A DNA stretch of 64,000 nt from Octopus bimaculoides (GCF_001194135.2 NC_068984.1:48850270-48914269), one strand, 5' to 3'; positions 51,600 through 63,794 are shown, counted from the first letter of the stretch. Program-made: numbers and translations. Notes: a model not told the origin generated them from the letters alone.

Positions 51600-53695
51600 T
51601 GAGGGAATGCGGTTGGAAATTTCCGACCAATGTCTTGTTTGAACAGATGTGGAAACTCACTGACAACAGTATGTATAAGTACCTAGATAAGAATGACCTA
51701 CTACTAGTGGAACAAGTAAGAGCAGAAGAAGGAAGGATCAATTACTAATCAATAAGACTATCCTGGCTGACTGCCAGAAGCGAAAACAATTTGGTGATGG
51801 CATACGTGGACTACAGGAAAGCATATGACATGGTCCCACACACGTGGATTATTGAATGCCTTTAACTGCTTAAGGTCTTCCACAATATCCTGAAGTAATA
51901 CAAAACTCAACAGCAACGTAACGTTACTGAACTGACAGCATGGCTAAATAAGATACTGTTAGCCTCGAAGTGATCCAGAAGGCAACATTGCTCGGTACAG
52001 CTCGCATTCTAAGGAGAGTATTGTCTCTTTGAGTCACATTAAAAGAGGAATCTTTCAAGGGGACAATCTGTCTTCTCTACTCTTTGTCGTCTGCAAACTG
52101 CCACTAACCAGCGTTTTAGGAAAGATACGTGTGGGGTACATGCTAGGCAGGTAGAAAGTAAACAACATGTGGTTTATGGATGACTAAAGTTATTTGCCAA
52201 GACTGAGAAAGAAATTGACAGTTTTATAACAACTGTGCAGATGATTAACAAAGATATTGGCATAGAATTTAGGATCGAGAAATGTGGAGTAATGGCTCTC
52301 AAAAGGGAGAAAATCAGTATAAGCCATGGGATCAAGCTGGAAAGTAGTGAAACTGTAAAGGAAGTCGGAATGAAGGGTATAAGTACCTGGGTATCATTGA
52401 AAGAGATAAGATGAATGGACACAATATAAAAGAAATGTACAGGAAAGAGTATTTGAAGAAAACTCGGCTTGTGCTCCAATCGAAGCTAAATGGCCGCTAT
52501 ACGATTAGAGCAATTAACACGTGGGTGGTTGCTTTGATAAGATATGGGGCAGAAATAGTATCTTAGAATGAGCATGAATTACAAGTCATAGCCTGGATAA
52601 TATTGAAATTAATGACAAAAAACAAAGAACTACACCCCCAAGAGTGATGTATCAAGATTGTATGTAAAGAGGATAGAAGGAGGACGGAGACTAGTGTGTT
52701 GTGAAGGCTGTTTAAGGGAAGAGGAGAATAGCCTGGCTTAGTATGTCAAGGGGAGTAAACAAGAAATGATTGAAGCAGTGAAAATGCAGGGAACCTTAAA
52801 AGTGAAAGAAGCCCTAGATCCAATACAATTTTAAAAAGACCAGAGAGAGCAGATGAAGAAAATTGGCAGGACAAGAAAAATACAGTCAGTTCTTGAAGAA
52901 TAAAGATGAGATTGATTGGAATAGAACCTGGTAATGGCTGCAGAAAGGAGACTTCAAAGGGCCCACTTTGGCATTAGTGTGCAGCACTCATGAACAAACT
53001 CTCAGAACAAACTACTCCAAATATTACATTGATAAAAGCACTGACTCGCCAAAGTGTAGGATGTGCTCTGAGAAGGGAGAATGTATAAGCCATATTATTA
53101 GTGAGTTCTGTAAGCTCGCTCAACGCGAATACAAAAGGAAACACAACAATTTGGCCAGATATATCCACTGGCTGTTGTGCGGTAAAGCAAATCTCGAGAG
53201 AGCCGGACAATGCTATGACCACAAGCCAGAGGGAGTAACGGAAAACGAAACTAACATTACAAAATACTCTGAGATTTTAACATAGTCATAGAAGTGAGAC
53301 GGCCAGATATCGTGATCTTTCATAAAGGTGAAAAAGAAGCAAAGATGATAGATGTTACAACAAAGCAGATGATTCGAGGGTGAAATGTAAGAAAACAGAA
53401 AAGTGTGAGAAATACCAGCCACTGCGGGAAGAGATAGGAAAACTATGAGGCATGAGGAAAAAATAATGATACTGGTGGGAATTGGAGCATTAGGAGCAAT
53501 TTCCAGGAGCTTGAAAAACATTAAGAATGTTGGAACTACTGTTAGCCTCGAAGTGATCCAGAAGGCAACATTGCTCGGTACAGCTCGCATTCTAAGGAGA
53601 GTATTGTCTCTTTGAGTCACAGGAGCAGGCACTATTTGAAACCTTTGGTGATTTGTTAAGAACAACCGCAAATAGAACAGCGAGAATCAAAACAA
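51600..53695 (+). mobile_element. R4/Dong-like RLE LINE copy 1 (RT to 3' end, 5'-truncated)
   Basis: GNFRPMSCL, YVDYRKAYDMVPHTWI, IKRGIFQGD.LS.LLFV, (H)..FMDD.KLFAK, YKYLG, CRMCSEKGECISHIISE.CKLAQREYKRKHN, RPDIVI..DV, GIGALG..IQKATLLGTARILRRVLSL*; (ATA)n tail at ~53695-53718. Confidence 0.9.
51954..52038 (+). repeat. Exact 85-bp copy of 53537-53621
   Basis: Base-by-base identical (tactgttagcctcgaag..tttgagtcaca). Confidence 0.95.
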
Positions 53696-53718
53696 TAATG
53701 ATAATAATAATAATAATA

Positions 53719-54085
53719 TTGGGTTGTCCGGAAAGTTCGTGCCGATTTATAGTAGCTTACCCATCGACTTATTTTAGAACATGGTTGAGTCCATAAAATA
53801 GGATTTGACTATACCTCCATTTAATTTAAGCTATTTTTACGTGGAAGAAGGTTTATGTTCCTATCACCTGTGTTAATTCTGTAACCCTTTAAAATGGAAG
53901 ATAAGAAAGTTCATTTTCGGCACTTGATGCTTTTCTTTTGCCGTAAAGGGAAAAATGCCTCACAAGCAACCAATGCGCAGTTTACGGTGATGTTTCTTTA
54001 TCCGAAAGAACTGTACGGAAGTGGTTCACAAGGTTTCGAGCTGGAGATTGTAGCCTCTTATTGATAAAGAGCGATCAGGCAACAT
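53719..54085 (+). mobile_element. Mariner 5' fragment (TIR + HTH-encoding N-terminus)
   Basis: TA, then TIR ttgggttgtccggaaagttcgtgccgattt. ATG at 53894: MEDKKVHFRHLMLFFCRKGKNASQA..AVYGDVSLSERTVRKWFTRFRAGD..DKERSG. Catalytic domain and right TIR absent. Confidence 0.9.
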
Positions 54086-54269
54086 TCAGTAGTTCCTTTA
54101 AATATTAAACAGAAATAATGATAATGACGGTAATGATGGTGATACTTGTAGTAATGATTACAATATTGATTTAGCCAAAACTCATGTTGGATTGAGGAAA
54201 TATTAACCATGACAAATAGTAAGTAAATGAAAATGATAATATCAGTGATGATAATAATAATAATGAAAG

Positions 54270-56130
54270 GGAGCAGTTAGAATCTCCCTATGCCCTGATT
54301 GATGATACATTTAGTGATGGTGTCACAATAAAAGCACTAGTAACTGCGCAACCTGATAATCGTTACCTCATATGAGTGACCAAAAAAAATCAAAATTTTA
54401 TGAATAAAGGTGGCAATGAAACTGAAGCCCTTCATGGTGATAGTGGTACACCCAGCAGGCTCAGAGATACTGGTCCAACTCCATCCTGTCGTTATCCAGC
54501 AAGGAGCCAGCACACACCGCGTAGATGGAACAAACAAGTCAATGCTGTGGTTATAGAGTGTTACTACCTGAGCTACCTTTTCGACAAAATGGTGTTCATC
54601 TTATGGGATACCGACAATATATGTCTGATCATTGGTGAGAAAGAGGATTGATTCAACTCACGGAACAAAGATTATGTGATCAAGCTAGAGCAATAAGAAA
54701 AATCGTTTCTTCAGAGAAGTAGAGCTCGAAGCTATCAAAAGACGGGTATTGGAAAACAGTAGCAGAGGAAACAATGAAAATTCAGTTCCTACTGATAAAA
54801 GTAATCTCATAGCAGAAAACAGAGGTGAAATCTCTAATAAACCACAGGAAAGAACAGTGATAGCTTGCTCGGTGAGAGACATGTAGATGATTTGGAAGAT
54901 GACAATAAAACTAATAGTGATATGACAGATGGGCAAAAGGTAATCTACGACAGAATAAAGGCAAGGCTACAGGAGAACGATAGCGATATTATTTGCAACC
55001 TTATGAAGCGTGATCGATAGAAATTCAACGAAGAAACGAAAAATGTATATGAAATTCTGAAATACATAAGAACAAAAACATCACAGAAACAAATGATTTC
55101 ATCAAGATAGCTAGTTTTGTTGTAGCAGAAAATATGGGTGTTGTCAAGAAAAAGAAAACTAATGGGAGTTACAAAAGAAAAGATGCATGGTATAAAAGAA
55201 GAATACAGGTGGGGATAGACATGCTCTCGAAGGACATTTCTGTGTTAGAGGGAAAAGAGAAGGAGGAGCTTAAAAGCGAACAAAAATACAGGGCACTGAA
55301 CAGGAAGTATGATATTGAAAGAAAGGGCCTGAAAGTAGTAATGGAGGAACTGGGACAGCGCCTCGTTGCAAAGAAAACAAAGATGGTAAGATACGACCAA
55401 AGAATGAAGGGTCATCAGCAGAATAGGTTATTCAGTGTAGATCAGAAGAGATTCTTCAAAGAAATAAATTGAATGTGTACAGATGAAAAGTCGATACCAG
55501 ATAATATTAAAAGTCAAAGTCTTTGGAGTGACATCTGAAGCAAATACAAGGAGCAAAAGAAGGACGCTGCATGGTTGCAAGAACAGAAACAAACAGTAGT
55601 TTGTTCAAAACAGGAAGAACTAATCATTTCATTTAGGGAAGTGAGGGAAAACAGCAAATATGGGTAAGTGGAAATCCGTGAGATATGAGGGAGTTCAAGG
55701 CTGCTAGATCAAACGATTTGGTGAATGACATGCACGAATAGCTTCACAACTCAACACCTTCTTAAATGCCGACCAAGGAACACCAGAGTGGTTGACATTA
55801 GGTAGGACAGTGCTGTGCATGAAAAACATCGAAAAAGGCAATACGGTACACAATTACAGGCCTACTTGCCACTTATGGAGAGTTTATTGACTGGAATAGT
55901 CAGAGTCAATGCACGGACATCTGGAAAAAGATGAAGTCCTGCCACATGAGCAGAAGGGCTGCAAGCGTAAGTGTAGTGGTGCCAAGGATTAACTCCTGGT
56001 AGACAACTCTGTTCTTAGAGCCTAAAAGAGGAGGAAAACTAACTTCTGTCAAGAGGACTGTCTGTCCCTACTAATCTTTGCACTGTGCATAATACTAGTA
56101 TGACAAATCCTGAGGAAAGCAAAAGCTGGG
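54270..56130 (+). mobile_element. R4/Dong-like RLE LINE copy 2 (5' end to mid-RT)
   Basis: [86 protein letters not shown]; preceded by (ATA)n at ~54250. Confidence 0.85.
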
Positions 56131-56235
56131 TACATTATTTACATTATTTACATTTGAGGATATTTGTCCTCATCTTGTTTGTTGTTAACACTGCGTTTCG
56201 GCTGATACACCCTCCAACCTTCATAGGATAGCGTA
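56131..56235 (-). mobile_element. Short antisense retroelement 3' end with (TGTAAATAA)n-type tail and hammerhead-core-like motif
   Basis: Reverse complement cctatgaaggttggagggtgtatcagccgaaacgcagtgttaacaacaaacaagatgaggacaaatatcctcaaatgtaaataatgta; interrupts the R4-like array. Confidence 0.6.
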
Positions 56236-56239
56236 ACAG

Positions 56240-58295
56240 CTAAGTGAGTTCTCGCTGGAAGGCGCAGCATCCAGGTGGATGACAAAGGGAAAGACGTTGT
56301 TATGTGTCAAGGATCTTGAAAATGGAAATGTTGAACCCAACTTTCGACCTATAACTTGTCTTGCGTTAATGTGGAAACAATTTTCAGGTGCCTGTAAGCT
56401 GTATAGATACTTAGAAAAAAGTGAGCTGCTACCTACTGAACCGAAAGTGTACCGAAAAAGGAGTTGAGGAACGAAGGATCGACTTTTAATAGATAATCTA
56501 ATTATTAAGATTGCAAGAGAAGGCACACAAACATGAGCACGGCATGGATTGGCTATCGCAAAACATCCGATATAATACTACACTCCTGGATAATAAGAGC
56601 AATGGAAATGTATGGAGTAGAATAAAAAAAGAGAAACCTTTTATGAAACAGTATGAAATTTTGGAGGACGGAATTGACAGCAGGGAATAAAGTATTAGAT
56701 GAGATGAAAATCAAGTGCTGGGAGTAATCGTGAGTGAAATACTACAGAAAACAAAATTGAGGTATGATCTGGGAAATGATAAGGAAAATCTGAACCACTT
56801 GTTATTTATGGACGACTTGAAGTTATTCACAAAAAGTGAGGCAAAACTGAACAGCCAAGTTCAGTCTGTGCGGATTTTCTTGAATGATATTAAAATTGAG
56901 TTTCGGCTTTCAAAATGTGCTTCAATGGTGATGAAACGAAGTAAGCTTGTCAGGACAGAGAGCATATAGATGTCAAGTGGTGAAATGATGAAGGTAATTC
57001 AAACTCAGTCCAGCCATAAATGTTTGCGAATACTTGAGGCAGATGTAATTAAACAGCGAAATGAAAGAATAGACAAAGAGAGAGTACCTGCGACACGTGA
57101 GAAAAATAATGGCTTCAAAATTGAATGCCAGAAACGTAATTTCGACAACAAACTCTTACGCAGTTACAATAGTTCGGTATGGCGCTGCATTCCTGAAGTA
57201 GACAGAGGAGGAGCTAAAGGAGATGGAAAGGAAGTCAAGAAATCTCCTAACGATCGCCTATACATGAAGAGACTAAATGTACGAAGAGGATCGATAAGTG
57301 TGGAAGACAGCGTACGTATCGAACTCGAGAGCTTAATGACATACATAACCCAAAGTAGGGAAACCTTGCTAGTATCAGTTAGAAATGAGGGGTTATTGAA
57401 ACAGAGAAAAAAAAAAGAAAGAAATTAAGAAATACAAAATGGACATGAAGAAGAATTATGCAAGAAGAGACAACACAATCAATTCCATGCAGTCTCAACA
57501 GAAGTTGTTGGAAAACATTGGTGGGATTTGGCTGATGAAAAGAACACTAAAAAGGAGAACGAGAGCACTGCACTGGCTGCGCAAGACCAAGCTTTGGCCA
57601 CGAACTGGAGGGTCAACCTTAGGAATGAGCAAGTGTATCAGATTTGCCGTATCTGTAATAGAGTGGAGAAAATCATTGTCCATATCACGATCGAATGCCC
57701 TAGACATGCCCCAAACCACAATTTGTAGCGACACGATCAGGTAGCGAAAGTGTTGCACTAGAAATTGTGCGAAAACTAGCGGTTAGAGAGAGGCAAGCCG
57801 TGGTAGGAACACGAACTGCAGAGTGACGGAGTCGTTGACTAGCAAAATGATCTGGGATTTCCCAATCTAAACAGATCAGGTGCAAGAACATAGGCGAGCT
57901 GACCTCTATGATGGTCGAGAAGATGTATCACATGTGCTATATAGTTGATGTTGCATGCCCCTTGACTCACGAATAGTCAATGAGGTAGGCGAAAACAGAT
58001 AAACACAACCCTGTTAAGTACGAAACAGCTCGGCTGTGGAAAATGTAGATGAAGATAGTGCCATTTATTTTTGAAGACAGTTTAAGAAGGCATCAAGAGG
58101 AATATAAAAGAAATTGGAATAATGTTCCCAGTAAAACTGTTACAAAAGATTTTCCTCCTTGGCACGACCAGAATAATCAAGAAAGTATTAGATAGTAGAA
58201 AAGAACAGATATCATGGTACCACAGGCTGCAGGTAGCTAGCCCGCTATGCATGCGACACTCCAGGTGTTCTAACAAAACCTGTGATAAAAAGAAA
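56240..58295 (+). mobile_element. R4/Dong-like RLE LINE copy 3 (RT to 3' UTR; motif B region deleted)
   Basis: WMTKGKTLLCVKD..NFRPITCLALMWK, TKDRLLID, NHLLFMDDLKLF, CRICNRVEKIIVHITIECP, RHDQVAK, WDFPI.TD, IVDVACP; followed by (TAG)n. Confidence 0.9.

Positions 58296-58337
<42 letters not shown>
58296..58337 (+). repeat. (TAG)n tail of R4-like copy 3
   Basis: Direct inspection. Confidence 0.9.
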
Positions 58338-59450
58338 ATTTAATAATTATAAGGAAAAGTGTTATAATTTGATAGACAAATTTTATAAGATCATGTATGA
58401 GTGAGAGTAATAGAAATATTACCGTAGAGCGCTTGCAAAACCGCTCTAAATTTGGATGTCATTCAAGTTATTTAAACTCATAGGAAAAAACACAGTAAAC
58501 ACATTACATGTTTCAGTCGTCTCTTCCCATTGTATGTGACTAAAATTCTCTCAAGCACTCTTTGAAATACCTTGAAAAAACAAAGAAAAATAAAACTTTC
58601 CACCTTCACTTAGACATCAGTAAGTTTTTTATAATTTTAATATTATAAAATCTATAATCTTTAAGCTGATATATAAAACTACTGTATTATGTTACTCTAT
58701 CTACTAAATCTTTGAGTAATCATGAAAGAAATAAAAAGAGAGTAACAAGCATTAATATTAACATTATTTACAACTTCAAGGAAATTACTCTAAATATCTC
58801 TAAAACACCACATAAGTGAAGGAGTTTAACGATATACTTTTTGAAAAATAAACATTCTTCTTACCGAACAGAATAATATTAAAATTGCAACAGATAACAA
58901 TAACAACATTATCATAATTAAAAGTGCAAATTACAAGCATATACCTCCGCCTATTGAACACTGTAATAGTACAATTATCACAGAAAATTATAATATCATC
59001 ACATCACGTATTTTCTCAGCTTTAGAAGGCGATAAGGTGATTAGTAGGTTTGTAGCATATAGTGCACTATCAACAATTAATGATTCTAGTGTTAAATTTC
59101 GTACCTATAAATGTAGAGTACGTTACGTGTGTTTCTTTAGTGTGAACTGCTTAATGAAATATATACTATAAAAATATTGTGTCTAGTATTTCATAAATAT
59201 AGTATTGCAAAAGGTTCTTACACATAAAAGCATTACATAATATATGAAGCGTACTTTTAAGAATTAATGTCTGTCTCATTGTTATTAATTATATCTCAGC
59301 TTGCAAATGAGTGTAAATGTTTATCATTAGACATAGTTCTTTATTCCTTTTAATTTATTTTAAAAAAGTAACTTCCACGTAAAAATTACTTGAAAATGTT
59401 TTTACGTATCTATGCTTAGAAATATATGTATATAACTATAATTATATATA

Positions 59451-60667
59451 CAGGATGCGGTGAATAAATCGTCGTCCAAATTACGGAAAAATGAAGATAA
59501 TATTGACATCTCATTTTAATAGACATATATACCAAAATTACATTAAAATATCTTGAAATGTTAAAGAGTAAATTTATTCAATAAAATTGACATTGGCTTC
59601 AACCACGGCATCCAGACGCCTTCGGAATCTGCTGCAAGTCTTATGGACAGTGTCCTTGTTTAGATTGGTGAATGCTGTCATAATCCTTGCCTTCGTGTTA
59701 CAAGGAATTTTGTTGGTCTCTCACTCAATTGCGCCTCATACATAATAATCAAGGGGTTGCAATCTGCGGACTTAGGTGGCCATACGTGAGGGGTGATGTA
59801 AACGCAGAAATTATCTGACAGCCATGACTGGGTCCTCCTCCTTGTGTAGCATGGTGCAGAGTCCTGTTACCAGATGTAGATATTTCCAACAGCCACCCTC
59901 TTGACCCAAGGCAACACTACCTCCTCCAGGCACTCGATATAGGCCACAGTGTTGTGTTTGAGTCCGTGTGGGAGACATCGGACGTTCACCATCACTAATG
60001 ACGACTCCAAACACCATGATGTTGACAAGATGTTTGATTTTCTATCACTCTTGATAGATGGCTTGGAGACGCAACTAGCCAACGGTTGTTCTGAGTTCAC
60101 TATATGGTCCTGGCAGAAGTTTTTCTCGTCTGAGAAAAACCATAGCATGTTCGGTTGAAAGGATAATTAAGTTTGCTCAAAAGCTTCGTAGCACGGTGTT
60201 TCCTCTTGTCGTTAATGGTTTGGGTTAAAGATTGACCCTTTCTCATCTTGTAAGAAGATATGGAATGTCTTCATGCACTACCTACCTAAGAAACTCAGAC
60301 GCTCCCATATCTTTGGCGATGGGCCTGACTGACTTGGAAGGATGGTTGTCAATCATGGCCTGGATCGCACCAACAAATTCAGGAGTTCTTTCTCATGAGA
60401 ACGATCAATGTAAGTTTTCTGAGCTGCCGTACCTTCGCAATCACCATTAGACTCATCCTACTCTTTCCAAATCCTCTGCACTACCCTCAAATTGACACAC
60501 AAACACTCTGAAATGTTCGTATTGGAATGCGTCATGGTGCTTTTTTTTCTCACAGACAGTGCCCAACTCACCCTACTATACTGCGTAGTCGAGAAACCTA
60601 AAAACAAACTTTGCGCATGCGCAAAATTGAAAATATAGAATGGCGACAATTTACACACTGCACTAAA
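59451..60667 (-). mobile_element. DD37D (maT-type) Tc1/mariner element, full-length but pseudogenised
   Basis: FSDEKNF; QDSAPCYTRRRTQSWLSDNFCVYITPHVWPPKSADCNP(L)DYYV gives 37 residues between D2 and D3 after restoring a 1-nt deletion; C-terminus RFRRRLDAVVEANVNFIE*; degraded TIRs; TA on the left. Confidence 0.85.
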
Positions 60668-60719
60668 TATCTATTAATCTATCTATCTGTCTATGTATGT
60701 ATGTATGTATCTATCTATC

Positions 60720-60738
60720 TAGCTAGCTAGTTAGATAT

Positions 60739-60771
<33 letters not shown>

Positions 60772-60780
60772 CAGATAGAC

Positions 60781-60824
<44 letters not shown>

Positions 60825-60825
60825 G
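60720..60825. repeat. (GATA)n tetranucleotide microsatellite
   Basis: Direct inspection. Confidence 0.95.
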
Positions 60826-61424
60826 TATATTTGCATGTGAGTCGGGATGTTCGCCACGACTAAGCCCCGGCCGGAGCACGGAACGAAGACAACAGGCAAA
60901 AGAGGAGGAAGAAATAACACGGAGACCATACGTTGGGTANNNNNNNNNNNNNNNNNNNNNNNNNNNNNNNNNNNNNNNNNNNNNNNNNNNNNNNNNNNNN
61001 NNNNNNNNNNNNNNNNNNNNNNNNNNNNNNNNNNNNNNNNNNNNNNNNNNNNNNNNNNNNNNNNNNNNNNNNNNNNNNNNNNNNNNNNNNNNNNNNNNNN
61101 NNNNNNNNNNNNNNNNNNNNNNNNNNNNNNNNNNNNNNNNNNNNNNNNNNNNNNNNNNNNNNNNNNNNACTTTTTTTCTTTCTTTTTACATCAAACAAAA
61201 CATCAGAATAAAACATTGCATAACAATTCAAATAACGTTTAACAAAGGTTTCAGAACATTGCATAATCAAAATTTACAATCGAGAGTTTGTACATCAAGT
61301 CCATTAAAAGTTCTTTCACTTCGTTGTTTTTCTTTTCCATTAACAACATGTCACAAAGTTCTTTCTTTTCTTTTCCACCCGTCAACATCACAGTTAACGA
61401 AATCTCTTTTTCTTCTTTTAACAC

Positions 61425-61867
61425 ATGTAACGACAAGTACATTTTAAAGAATATTTAAACAAACCTTCACCGCACGAATTTCCTTTCTTTCAAAACTCCT
61501 ACTATAATCCAAGAACTGACCAACTGACTACTACCATCTCTTGGCTGCTACACAGTTCCATCTCTCTGATTCCTCTCTCTCATTGCTTCAGTCCCTATCT
61601 GTTGACCATAGGCTCTCTCTCTTTCTCAGCCTCTGTCTGTCAGTCTCTCTGTTCATCTTGGTTGGCTGCTAGCCTTCACACCGGCTCGCGTTCTTCATCC
61701 AACTCTCTGGCCAACTGCTTGATGCCAACTCGACTGTCGTATTTATGAGAGATACCGTACTTAGCAGTCCTACGTTACCCCCTCCAGAGCTGGGTCAGTC
61801 TAGTACAGTTCCTAACTTGTTTTTCTGAACTTTCGCTGACCGGAAAGGGTCAGCGATCACTCCTACA
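61425..61867 (-). mobile_element. Possible solo LTR
   Basis: Minus strand reads TGTAGGAG...TCGTTACA, with a TATA-like CATAAATA at ~61740 and a GA-rich R-like tract; no TSD found. Confidence 0.3.
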
Positions 61868-62534
61868 CTAAAAATAGCTGTACTTGTTCACAGGACAAAG
61901 GAAATACCATTGTCCCCAACAACCAGAATACGGTTTCAAACCCAGCTCGGGGAGATAGGGATNNNNNNNNNNNNNNNNNNNNNNNNNNNNNNNNNNNNNN
62001 NNNNNNNNNNNNNNNNNNNNNNNNNNNNNNNNNNNNNNNNNNNNNNNNNNNNNNNNNNNNNNNNNNNNNNNNNNNNNNNNNNNNNNNNNNNNNNNNNNNN
62101 NNNNNNNNNNNNNNNNNNNNNNNNNNNNNNNNNNNNNNNNNNNNNNNNNNNNNNNNNNNNNNNNNNNNNNNNNNNNNNNNNNNNNNNNNNNNNNNNNNNN
62201 NNNNNNNNNNNNNNNNNNNNNNNNNNNNNNNNNNNNNNNNNNNNNNNNNNNNNNNNNNNNNNNNNNNNNNNNNNNNNNNNNNNNNNNNNNNNNNNNNNNN
62301 NNNNNNNNNNNNNNNNNNNNNNNNNNNNNNNNNNNNNNNNNNNNNNNNNNNNNNNNNNNNNNNNNNNNNNNNNNNNNNNNNNNNNNNNNNNNNNNNNNNN
62401 NNNNNNATATATATATATATATATATATATATATACGCACATATATATGTATGTGTTTAAGTCATACACACGCGTACATGCACACACACATACGTACATA
62501 CTCGTACACACGCGCACACACATATATGTATACA

Positions 62535-63794
62535 CAGGGGTCGGACAAAATAATGGAAGCACCTCACCTTAGAATTTTCATCAAATTTATTTTAATATGT
62601 GGTAGGACTGCTTTGGCAGTAATTACAGCCTGAATTCTACGATGTATCGACTCGTAGAAAGTTTGAATTGTTTCCAAAGGAATTTTTGTCCATTCTTCAT
62701 CTAAAATAATCTCTAGTTCTTGTAGTGATGATGGTGGTGGATAATAGACTCCTTACTTGTTTTTCTAAAATGCACTATAAACGTTCAATAATATTGAGAT
62801 CTGAGGGCTGTGGTGGCCAGATAAGATGTTCAGCTTCAATGGAATGTTCCTCGTGCCATTCAGTAACAGCTTTAGCTGTGTGAATTGGTGCATTGTCGTC
62901 ATGAAAGATTACGTTTCACTTCGGAAGCAGTTCTGCAACCATAGGATGAACTTGATATTGACTATTAATTCTGCCATGTAGGGAAACCATCGGCCCGGCG
63001 GATTTCTAAGATATAGCTCCGTCCCAGATCATCACAGTTCCTCGTCCATGTTTAACAGTTGGAAGAAGGCAGTCTGGGTTAAAAACTTCTTTTGGCTGTC
63101 TCCACACATATATTCGGCTGGTGGTCGGGAATAAGGTAAAGGATGACTCGTCCGAGAAAATAACATTCTTCCACTGCTGTAGGGATGAATTCTGTATGTT
63201 TTTACTCCACTCTAAACGATTTGCAACGTTTGTTTTTGAAAGTAGTGGTTTTCTGATTGCAGCCCTTCCGCAAAATCCGGCTTTGTGCAACTCCCGGCGA
63301 ACAGTATTTGTGGAAACTGAGGTCTCGGGGTTGTCATTAAGCTCTGCAGTAATTTTGGGAGCTCTATTTTCGTGAGCCTTTCTAATAATTCGTGTAAGAG
63401 TCCGACAATCCCTATCTGAAAGTTTTGAGTTTCATCCGGAGTTTTGTTTCGACGAGGAGGTTTTTCCCTCTTTCTCAAAGGCTTTCATTACTTTCGAGAC
63501 AGTACTTCTTGATACACCAAACATTTCGGCTGTTTTCGTTACGCTAGCGCCTGCCATGAGAGCACTAACAATTTGACGTCTTTGAAAGTCCGATAGAACT
63601 ATCATTTTAATGAATTTTAATTACCATATTCTGATGATACCTGAAAAGAAACACTAATTTTATCAAAGCATATTAAGCAACACTAATAATAAATCAAACA
63701 AAAAAACAATGAACATGATTTTGATGGTTTTATAGATATTTCAAAATTATGATGCTATGATGCTAGGTGTTTCCATTATTTTGTCGAACACCTG
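62535..63794 (-). mobile_element. Tc1-family element with DD36E triad (Incomer-type), 1260 bp, pseudogenised
   Basis: ~30-bp TIRs caggggtcggacaaaataatggaagcacct / revcomp caggtgttcgacaaaataatggaaacacct; TA on the right. ATG at 63605: MIVLSDFQRRQIV..GASVTKTA..FSDESSFTLFPT..DDNAPIHTA..WPPQPSDLNIIE, with 36 residues between D and E. At least 4 stops plus deletions. Confidence 0.9.

Noticed and set aside
60840-60939. GC-rich stretch (KTTGKRGGRNNTETIR) resembling the start of a LINE APE domain
   Set aside because: Only ~100 bp before a gap; cannot be confirmed.
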